From NCBI RefSeq assembly GCF_001997385.1, contig NZ_CP019633.1, positions 210,001 through 242,000 of the forward strand: a DNA stretch of 32,000 bases. Direction: 5' to 3'. How positions within the stretch are numbered: position 1 is the first letter of the stretch; the number at the start of each line of letters is the position of its first letter. Origin of the DNA: Sedimentisphaera cyanobacteriorum (GTDB taxonomy: Bacteria; Planctomycetota; Phycisphaerae; Sedimentisphaerales; Sedimentisphaeraceae). The notes under the pieces were generated by a model, which ran no database searches, was not told where the DNA came from, and worked only from the letters and a program-made list of their open reading frames with translations. Shown here piece after piece: positions 20,793-27,611 of the stretch. The translations under genes were made by a program, and so were the position numbers.

Positions 20793-23039
20793 ATGAATAA
20801 TATCAAAATTATATTGGCGCTGTTTCTTTTTCTTGGCTGCGGATTAACCTTCGCTGCCACTTTTGAAGCTGTAGGCGTTTACGACGAACAGGACATGCAG
20901 GCTAATCAAGTTGATTACAGTATGACCTATTCAGACAATTCTGTATGGACAACAGGTATCGGCCAAACCCTTGGAGAGAGTCAGGTAATGACGTATGAAG
21001 AATTCAAGGTGATGGTCGAAGAATATTATTTAGATGGTGATGGAGGAGTAATAAATTTTGATAATGCGGAAATGAGCGATTCGGCCTCATTCGCTGCGAG
21101 TTTTGATGGAGGCCAGAAACAGTTTACAGTGAATGCGACGGGAAATTCAGGTGCTAGCGATACAGTTCAAAACACATCTTCCGGAGGGAATAGAACGCCC
21201 ATCTCCGGCGATAAAAGACTCCAGGGCAATACGAACAGGTATGAATTCGAATTCAGCGATTTTACAGGGATGGACCCGCAGGACATAATCGCCGCAGGAA
21301 TCACTGTTCTCGGCAGAGACGGCAGCAGCGACAGCTGGTGGCGCGTTATTGCATATTACACCAACGGAGAAGACTCAGGAAGCACAAGCACCTCAAGATA
21401 TATCAATATGAGCAGCGGAGACACAACTGAGGACAGTTTCTCAGGAATAAGGGCGCCTGAGGGATACTGGATTACAAAATTGCGTGTACATTGCGATATA
21501 AGCTGGACATGGAGCGCGGCAGATGATTTGGGCTTCGTGTTTGAATCGTCAACTAAGCCTTACGGGCCTTCTGTAAGTCAGACTGCCCAGCCCGGCGGGG
21601 TAGATGCAGTTCTTTCATGGCAGGCTGGTCCTGATGAGAATGATGTTTATGCTGTGAACCCCGACATTGTTGATCAGTACGTTTTTATGACAACTGGCGG
21701 GGATGACCCGAACCTTTATTACGTTGGAGCTGCAGGCGAAGACCCGGGCACTGAAGATCCTTCCTCAGAATATGCCGTTTCAGACCTCAATTATGATGCT
21801 TCTTATCAGTGGGCAGTCGTAGAGGCTCTTGACGGATACGAGCAGAGCTTAACCGTAGGGGTAAGTGAGCTTGAGGATGTTAATGAAAATAATATCATCG
21901 GTTCAGTATGGAGCTTTGATACGCTTTCAAGCGTTCCGGTTATAGAAACTCAGCCTGCAGATGTTCTGGAAGATGCAGGAGAGGATGCTTCGATTTCTGT
22001 TGAAGTCAGCAGCGTGTCTCCTGAGCAGTATCTCTGGTATAAATCTGATGATAATTCTAGCGATACTCCCGAAGATGACGTTGAGGCAGGCAGCTCTTCA
22101 AATACACTGAATCTGGACAGCATTGCTGTTGCCGACGAAGGATACTACTATTGCGTTATAACAAATAACGGCGGGTCTGTTACTTCTGATACCGCCAACG
22201 CAGCAGTAAAGCGTCAGATGGCGCACTGGACATTTGATCAGGCAGATTATTCCGGCGGGCAGTATCTTGATGTCAGCAGCGATGATGATGTTTATTATCC
22301 CGCAGACCCCAACGGAACACCCGCATTTAATACAGGTATCGATGGTGATTCGATTCTGATTGACGAGGTAAACAGCTGGGCTCGTGCAGGTACGTGGAAT
22401 CCTTCAAAGTATTCCAATCAGCTTACTGTAAGCGCTTGGGTTAAATGGGATGGAGATACTTCATCCCACAAAGGAATTGTAAGCAAGCGTGATATCTGGG
22501 GAAGTGAAACTATGCTCTGGAGTTTGATAATTAGAAATGAATATCCGGGCGGTACTGTCCGTTTTTACAACAGCAGCGGACTAAGCGTTTGGACAAGCGA
22601 ATCTCTTCCGATTGATGAATGGACGTTGATAACAGCAGTCTTTGACGGCTCAGAAGGCAAAGTTTATTTCAATGGATTAGAGAAGGCTTCCGGAAGCGGC
22701 AGCCTATCTTCTGGAACAGAGACTATGATTATGCTGGGTGCTGTAGATAATCCTTCTGTCAACGAAGAATTTGACCCGCTCAGCGGCAGCGAACTGGATG
22801 ATGTTCAAATTCTAAATTATGCAGCAGATAAATTCGCTGTGGCTGATATGTACTATGAAGTTACAGGCATAAAATCCTGCATATTAGATTATGAGTCTCA
22901 GCTCGATGTTGCAAATACCAACACCGACCTTGTGATAGGGCAGGAAGGCTTTGAGCCTGATTGCGTTATCGATATCTCTGATTTTGCTGCTCTTGCCGGG
23001 AATTGGCTAAGCTGCGGATTATACCCTGAGTGTGAATAA
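20793..23039 (+). CDS. Secreted protein: signal peptide, unrecognised ~230-aa module, WSF(D/T)T-type beta-sandwich, Ig-like domain, LamG/ConA-like domain, Cys-bracketed dockerin-like C-terminal tail.
   Basis: 748-aa ORF with SD GAGGAG upstream. The signal peptide is MNNIKIILALFLFLGCGLTFA. Motifs: LSWQAG...YQWAVVEA...GSVWSFDT; VADEGYYYCVITNNGG (Ig); VSAWVKWDG...LDDVQILNYA (LamG); and the end EPDCVIDISDFAALAGNWLSCGLYPECE. Confidence 0.88.
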   Translation: MNNIKIILALFLFLGCGLTFAATFEAVGVYDEQDMQANQVDYSMTYSDNSVWTTGIGQTLGESQVMTYEEFKVMVEEYYLDGDGGVINFDNAEMSDSASFAASFDGGQKQFTVNATGNSGASDTVQNTSSGGNRTPISGDKRLQGNTNRYEFEFSDFTGMDPQDIIAAGITVLGRDGSSDSWWRVIAYYTNGEDSGSTSTSRYINMSSGDTTEDSFSGIRAPEGYWITKLRVHCDISWTWSAADDLGFVFESSTKPYGPSVSQTAQPGGVDAVLSWQAGPDENDVYAVNPDIVDQYVFMTTGGDDPNLYYVGAAGEDPGTEDPSSEYAVSDLNYDASYQWAVVEALDGYEQSLTVGVSELEDVNENNIIGSVWSFDTLSSVPVIETQPADVLEDAGEDASISVEVSSVSPEQYLWYKSDDNSSDTPEDDVEAGSSSNTLNLDSIAVADEGYYYCVITNNGGSVTSDTANAAVKRQMAHWTFDQADYSGGQYLDVSSDDDVYYPADPNGTPAFNTGIDGDSILIDEVNSWARAGTWNPSKYSNQLTVSAWVKWDGDTSSHKGIVSKRDIWGSETMLWSLIIRNEYPGGTVRFYNSSGLSVWTSESLPIDEWTLITAVFDGSEGKVYFNGLEKASGSGSLSSGTETMIMLGAVDNPSVNEEFDPLSGSELDDVQILNYAADKFAVADMYYEVTGIKSCILDYESQLDVANTNTDLVIGQEGFEPDCVIDISDFAALAGNWLSCGLYPECE
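20856..21545 (+). repeat. Unrecognised ~230-aa module, copy B.
   Basis: It aligns collinearly with copy C (25455..26141) and copy A (18496..19185). All copies are the same length to within one codon. Confidence 0.9.
21191..21498 (+). repeat. Near-identical nucleotide tract within module copy B. Partner at 25787..26094.
   Basis: My by-eye alignment finds about 10 mismatches in 308 nt. This includes a perfect run of about 90 nt (ggcgataaaagactccagggcaatacgaacaggtatgaattcgaattcagcgattttacagggatggacccgcaggacataatcgccgcagg). Confidence 0.9.
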
Positions 23040-23052
23040 TAAAACCTTATCC

Positions 23053-23095
23053 GGGACCGGCTGGCCTGCAAGGGTTGGCTGGTTCCAGTTTTTTT
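23053..23095 (+). terminator. Rho-independent terminator after the module-Ig-LamG gene.
   Basis: The arms GGGACCGGCUGGCC (23053..23066) and GGUUGGCUGGUUCC (23073..23086) pair over 14 positions, 5 of them G-U wobbles. The loop is UGCAAG, and the stem is followed by AG plus a T7 run. Confidence 0.65.
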
Positions 23096-23142
23096 CAAAA
23101 GCACAAAACTCAATCTGTTAAGAAAATTATAAGGAATGATTC

Positions 23143-23376
23143 GTGAAAAATTTACTCTCTTTAATGGCTGTCATTTTAATATTTTCTGCTGCCGGCAAAA
23201 GCTTTGGCGAAACCATAACTATAGATAATGATATTCAAACCTACACATCCCTTGCTGATACTGCAGTAAATATCACCGGCACCTCAGAGCTGCACCTTTC
23301 CGGCAGCGCGACTGTATTAGATAACTGTCAGATAAATTTGAATTCTGCGGAAGCTTGGCTTTTTTTTCATCTCTGA
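23143..23376 (+). CDS. N-terminal fragment (signal peptide plus the first ~55 mature residues) of the downstream large protein, separated from it by a frameshift in a T8 run.
   Basis: GTG start at 23143 with AAGGAA 6 nt upstream. The signal peptide is MKNLLSLMAVILIFSAAGKSFG. The fragment ends ...NSAEAWLFFHL* immediately after the T8 run at 23360..23367, and the reading continues sensibly in the -1 frame. Confidence 0.6.
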   Translation: MKNLLSLMAVILIFSAAGKSFGETITIDNDIQTYTSLADTAVNITGTSELHLSGSATVLDNCQINLNSAEAWLFFHL

Positions 23377-26300
23377 AGCCCTCTGAGGTCAATTCGCCAG
23401 TTTATCTCAGCCAAATTTATGTAAGCGGCACACAGTCTGCATTGAATTCAAATATTAGAATAGTACGTTACCATAACGGCGCTGTTTTAATTCCGCATGG
23501 CGAGGATTATGAGCCGCTTAAAGTGTACAGCGGAATGAACTTTACTGGCAGTTCCCTCAGCCTCGGCCTGCATACCTATTACAAAACTGACCAGCTCGGG
23601 TTTATGAACGATTCAATTCGCTCTTTTACTTTGAAACGAGGCTATATGGCCACATTTGCCGAAAATAGCGACGGTACAGGAATCAGCAGAGTTTATATAG
23701 CAGACCAGAAGAATTTGAAAATTGGAGTTATGCCCGCAAATCTTGATAAATCTGTTTCGTTTGTCCGGGTGTTCCCATGGCACTGGACAACCAAAAAAGG
23801 CTGGGCAGGCGGAACTCCAAGTTATGTTTCAGGTTCGGCTTCTGAAGCTTTGAATTGTTCATGGCGGTATGACTGGGGCAATGGCGGAGAGACTACTCTG
23901 GATGTGGAATATGTTCCGATGAGACACGGCCCAACATGGCCGAGCTATTCTGTAACCAACGCAAAGGAAAATGTAACGCATGTGCTGGGATTTAATGAAC
24001 CCGACCGGCCGGATCAGGCTGATATGTCAGTTTCAGAAGCGATTGACAGATGGCCGAATCTGCTTGCCTCAGGCCTGCGTTTAGGAGCGCCTTCGCCCAG
24101 CGACGGCGGCCTGAACTGGCTGTATGATTTTATTGATCAGGCCGATGCCTTGAACTATCGTGTAGATTTTGTCCCAGTGCATTTTTATAAAAATAACTGG
24201 TCTGCCTCACAGATGTATAATTGGCTGAAAGCCGTGCACGAAAGAACAAAAAGACCTCTCTGGATTACTGAGTGGAACAACGGCTGCAACTGGACAGCCC
24301 CTCATCCCACATACGAGCAAAATGGCGATAAGATTGCGGAGCTGCTTTCAATGCTTTCCACCGCTTCATTTGTGGAAAGATATTCAATCTATCAGTGGTG
24401 CACAAATCGTGAGATGTTTTATGATGACGGCTGGATTACCCCTGCGGGCAATGCCTACAAGGACCATGTCAGCTTCCCAGCGATATCATTAGACCAAAAC
24501 AAGGAATGTATTGGTTTTTACAAACTCGATGCACCTAACGGAACTTCGGCTGTTGATTTGTCCGGCAAGCAGATGGAAGCCGGCTTGAAAAACGGCCTCT
24601 CATTTGATAATGATTCTGTTCAGGGAATGCGGGGATATGCCCTTAGTTTGGATGGTGATGAGTATATTGAATTGCCCGATGGATACGATGAACTGGAAAA
24701 TGGCTTTTCAGCTTCCTTCTGGGTATATCCGACAGCGGTGAAATCGTATGCGAGATTCTTTGATCTCGGCAATGGCCCAAATGGAGATAATATCGTAGCC
24801 GCAAGATATAGTGATACTGATGATTTATATTTTAAGGTATATAATAATGCCACCGGCGGCACTATGGTTCGGGCTTCCAATGCCATAGAGCTGAATAAGT
24901 GGCAGTTTTTTTCTGTTACAATTGACAGCATTGGTAATGTGAAGATTTATAAAGATTCACAGCTTATCAAAACAGGCACTTCCTCGCCGCCTCGGAGTGT
25001 CTTTAGAAGCTCAAATTTTATAGGCCGCAGCAATTGGCCTTACGATGGATATTATGAGGGCAGGATAGATGATATTCGTTTGTTTGATTATGCTCTCAAT
25101 GAAAATGAAATTGATGCCTTGTTTAATATAAGTATGACTTCAGAGCCTTATGACGGAACACCTGCTGATATACCCGGCCAAATCTCAGCTGAACGTTTTG
25201 ATTTAGGAGGGCAGGGCATTGCTTATTACGATTCTACAATAGCAAACGAGCAGGGAGCTTTCAGGTCGGGTGAAGACGTGGATATTCGGGGCGTTTTTGA
25301 TTATTTTAACAGCTTTGCGGTAACCGATATCGAACCTGATGAATGGCTTAATTATACAGTTAATATTCCCGATTCTGACAATTACTGTATGTACCTGCGT
25401 GCCAGTACAACTTTAAACGAAACTCCAGTTCTAATTAAACATTTCACTTACCCTTTTTTTGAGGCTGCAGGAGTGTATGACGAACAGGAGGTTCAGACTA
25501 ATCAAGTTGATTACAGTATGAGCTATTCGAGCAATTCCTCATGGACAACGGGTATCGGACAAAACCTTGGAGCAAGTCAGGTTATGACGTATGAAGAATT
25601 CAAGCCGTGGGTGGAAGAGAAATACTTAAGCGGCAATGGAGGCGTGCTCAATTTTGATAATACCGAGCTCGGTAGTTCAGAGTCTTTCAATGCAGTCTTT
25701 GCCGACGGGCAGAAAAAATTCAGCATTACTGCAACCGGCAGCTCGGGTGCAAGCAGCTTTGTCAACAATACAGCTTCCGGAGGCGGTAGAACGCCCATCT
25801 CAGGCGATAAAAGACTCCAGGGCAATACGAACAGGTATGAATTCGAATTCAGCGATTTTACAGGGATGGACCCGCAGGACATAATCGCCGCAGGCATCAC
25901 TGTTCTCGGCAGAGACGGCAGCAGCAATGCCTGGTGGCGCGTTATTGCATATTACACCAACGGAGAAGATTCAGGAAGCACAAGCACCTCAAGATATATC
26001 AATATGACCAGCGGAGACACAAGCGAGGACAGTTTCTCAGGAATAAGGGCGCCTGAGGGATACTGGATTACAAAATTGCGTGTACATTGCGATAACAGCT
26101 GGATTTGGAGCGCTGTGGACGACTTAGCTTTTGTTTTTGAAAATCAGGCACAAAGTTCTTCGGTTGTGGAATTAAGCAGTTTAGAAGAACAAATGCTTGC
26201 CGAGTTTACAGTCAGTAGCACAGGTTCTTCTGATAATTTCAAAACCTTTGTACTCAATGATGTGATTTTGCCTGCTGGCGGAAGTAAGCTTTTGCGGATG

Positions 26301-27452
26301 GAATTTCCGGTTGGCGGGCTTGATGTAAACTGGCTTAGAATTGAGAAAGAAGGGCATTGGAGCGAAACTCCCCCAACGATTCCGGGAAGGATTCAGGCTG
26401 AAGAATACGACTTCGGCGGTCCCGGCAAAGCGTATTACGACACTACTTTTGATAACGCCATCGGCGATTTTAGGTATTATGAAGATGTTGATGCTGCTGA
26501 TATCGGTGATTCTGGAAGCCGGTATGCAGTAGGCGGTATTGAGGCAGGTGAATGGCTCAGATATACAGTGAACAGTAATGAGGGGGCAGCAGATGTATAT
26601 GCCAAAGTTGCTTCTGTTCAGTCCGGAGGCCAAATCTTTGTTCGGATTGATGGTGAGCTTTCGGCCGTTATTGATGTTCCCAATACATGCGGATTAACAA
26701 ACTGGCAAATTATTCCCGCACCTTGTGAAACATTGCCGGAAAATCAGAATGCTTTAGTTGAGCTTGAATTTGCAGGGGAGGGCTTCCAGCTGGATTGGGT
26801 ACAGTTCGCAAAGCAGATTCCCTATCCGGAAAATGTTCCGCACTCAATTCCCGGCCAGATAGAATTTGAGGATTTTGATACCGGCGGCCATGATATAAGC
26901 TTTTATGATACAACTCCTGCAAATACTTATGGCGGGTATCGGCCTGATGAAGCCGTGGAAATTGCTGCTGTAAATGACGGATTTGCTGTGTATGCAGAAG
27001 CCGGCGAATGGCTTGAATACACCGTTGATTTAACAGGCGGAAACTATGATCTCTCAATTCTTTCCGCAGGGCCTTATTCCGGTCAGCAGCTTACATTATC
27101 TCTTGATGGGAATCATATTGTGTCTGCAGATTTGAATACAACAGGAGGCTGGTCAGACTGGCATACAACCGTGATCCCTGATTTGGTCCTCCCGGACGGG
27201 CAGGGACAGGTTTTGCGGATGAAATTGGATAGCTCAAGCGCTTTCATCGATAATATGAGCTTTATCAGGCATTATAATCCCGCAGATATTGACCAGAGCA
27301 CTAAGGTTGATTTAGAAGATTTTTCGATATTAGCTGATCAATGGCTTGATGCACCGGGCGAGCCGTCCGCTGATATTGCAAAACCTCCGAACAATCAGGT
27401 AGGAATAGAGGATTTACTGATTCTACTTGAAAACTGGCTTATAGAGGAATAA
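23355..27452 (+). CDS. Large secreted multidomain protein (body of the frameshifted gene): Glyco_hydro_cc-type (PF11790, GH128-like, clan GH-A) catalytic domain, LamG domain, CBM6 interrupted by the ~230-aa module, two intact CBM6 domains, dockerin-like C-terminal repeat pair.
   Basis: 1365-aa ORF. The TTG at 23355 is probably not a real start (see the frameshift). Catalytic blocks: SWRYDWGNGG, VLGFNEPD (acid/base Glu), VDFVPVHFY, PLWITEWNNG (nucleophile Glu). LamG: FSASFWVYP...GRIDDIRLFDYALNENEIDALF. CBM6 starts: IPGQISAERFDLGG, IPGRIQAEEYDFGG, IPGQIEFEDFDTGG. Tail: KVDLEDFSILADQWL...VGIEDLLILLENWL. The GH128 link is tentative. Confidence 0.85.
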   Translation: MAFFSSLKPSEVNSPVYLSQIYVSGTQSALNSNIRIVRYHNGAVLIPHGEDYEPLKVYSGMNFTGSSLSLGLHTYYKTDQLGFMNDSIRSFTLKRGYMATFAENSDGTGISRVYIADQKNLKIGVMPANLDKSVSFVRVFPWHWTTKKGWAGGTPSYVSGSASEALNCSWRYDWGNGGETTLDVEYVPMRHGPTWPSYSVTNAKENVTHVLGFNEPDRPDQADMSVSEAIDRWPNLLASGLRLGAPSPSDGGLNWLYDFIDQADALNYRVDFVPVHFYKNNWSASQMYNWLKAVHERTKRPLWITEWNNGCNWTAPHPTYEQNGDKIAELLSMLSTASFVERYSIYQWCTNREMFYDDGWITPAGNAYKDHVSFPAISLDQNKECIGFYKLDAPNGTSAVDLSGKQMEAGLKNGLSFDNDSVQGMRGYALSLDGDEYIELPDGYDELENGFSASFWVYPTAVKSYARFFDLGNGPNGDNIVAARYSDTDDLYFKVYNNATGGTMVRASNAIELNKWQFFSVTIDSIGNVKIYKDSQLIKTGTSSPPRSVFRSSNFIGRSNWPYDGYYEGRIDDIRLFDYALNENEIDALFNISMTSEPYDGTPADIPGQISAERFDLGGQGIAYYDSTIANEQGAFRSGEDVDIRGVFDYFNSFAVTDIEPDEWLNYTVNIPDSDNYCMYLRASTTLNETPVLIKHFTYPFFEAAGVYDEQEVQTNQVDYSMSYSSNSSWTTGIGQNLGASQVMTYEEFKPWVEEKYLSGNGGVLNFDNTELGSSESFNAVFADGQKKFSITATGSSGASSFVNNTASGGGRTPISGDKRLQGNTNRYEFEFSDFTGMDPQDIIAAGITVLGRDGSSNAWWRVIAYYTNGEDSGSTSTSRYINMTSGDTSEDSFSGIRAPEGYWITKLRVHCDNSWIWSAVDDLAFVFENQAQSSSVVELSSLEEQMLAEFTVSSTGSSDNFKTFVLNDVILPAGGSKLLRMEFPVGGLDVNWLRIEKEGHWSETPPTIPGRIQAEEYDFGGPGKAYYDTTFDNAIGDFRYYEDVDAADIGDSGSRYAVGGIEAGEWLRYTVNSNEGAADVYAKVASVQSGGQIFVRIDGELSAVIDVPNTCGLTNWQIIPAPCETLPENQNALVELEFAGEGFQLDWVQFAKQIPYPENVPHSIPGQIEFEDFDTGGHDISFYDTTPANTYGGYRPDEAVEIAAVNDGFAVYAEAGEWLEYTVDLTGGNYDLSILSAGPYSGQQLTLSLDGNHIVSADLNTTGGWSDWHTTVIPDLVLPDGQGQVLRMKLDSSSAFIDNMSFIRHYNPADIDQSTKVDLEDFSILADQWLDAPGEPSADIAKPPNNQVGIEDLLILLENWLIEE
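23360..23367 (+). other. T8 homopolymer at the frame junction. It is a candidate indel, phase-variation or slippage site.
   Basis: The sequence is c-tttttttt-c. With T9 the reading would be ctt ttt ttt tca tct ctg aag, giving ...AWLFFSSLKPSEV... in a single frame. In the 0 frame the run also forms the heptamer T_TTT_TTT. Confidence 0.8.
25455..26141 (+). repeat. Unrecognised ~230-aa module, copy C, nested inside the first CBM6.
   Basis: The sequence PFFEAAGVYDEQEVQTNQVDYSMSYSSNSSWTTGIGQNLG...GYWITKLRVHCDNSWIWSAVDDLAFVFE is flanked by CBM6 N-half and C-half sequence. Confidence 0.9.
25787..26094 (+). repeat. Near-identical nucleotide tract within module copy C. Partner at 21191..21498.
   Basis: Same alignment as for the partner. 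Identity drops sharply upstream of 25787, and more gradually downstream of 26094. Confidence 0.9.
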
Positions 27453-27500
27453 GGCTTCGTAAATTGAAATAATATTTTGAAGTTAAGAAGGTTATATCAA

Positions 27501-27527
27501 TTGCACAGTTTTACTTATGGGTATAAT
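27501..27527 (+). promoter_or_regulatory. Candidate sigma70-like promoter upstream of the GH92 gene.
   Basis: TTGCAC (27501..27506), a 15-nt spacer, then TATAAT (27522..27527), about 85 nt upstream of the start. The spacer is shorter than optimal, and the host promoter consensus is unknown. Confidence 0.25.
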
Positions 27528-27611
27528 AGTCGGTGTAAAGGTTTCAGTGCAGAACCCGCCGGCGGCTGAAATTGATAACGCAGAAACTTTATTAAATCAA
27601 AGAGTCCAATA

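Noticed and set aside
21191-26094. The near-identical 308-nt tract could be an assembly artefact (collapsed or duplicated repeat).
   Set aside because: I cannot exclude this without reads. However, the two copies carry about 10 scattered differences, both stay in frame, and their flanks diverge gradually, which fits genuine paralogs better. I kept it as a finding with this caveat.
25455-26141. The insert in the CBM6 could be an intein or other self-splicing element.
   Set aside because: The junctions are ...IKHFTYPFFEAAG... and ...FVFENQAQSSS.... There is no N-terminal Cys/Ser/Thr nucleophile context, no terminal His-Asn, and no endonuclease motifs. The same module also exists as a normal N-terminal domain in two other proteins.
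27556-27565. Perfect 10-nt palindrome CCGCCGGCGG upstream of the GH92 gene, considered as a terminator or operator.
   Set aside because: It has no loop and no following T-tract, so it is not a terminator. It is a single short GC palindrome with no second half-site or repeat elsewhere in the window, which is too little evidence for an operator.
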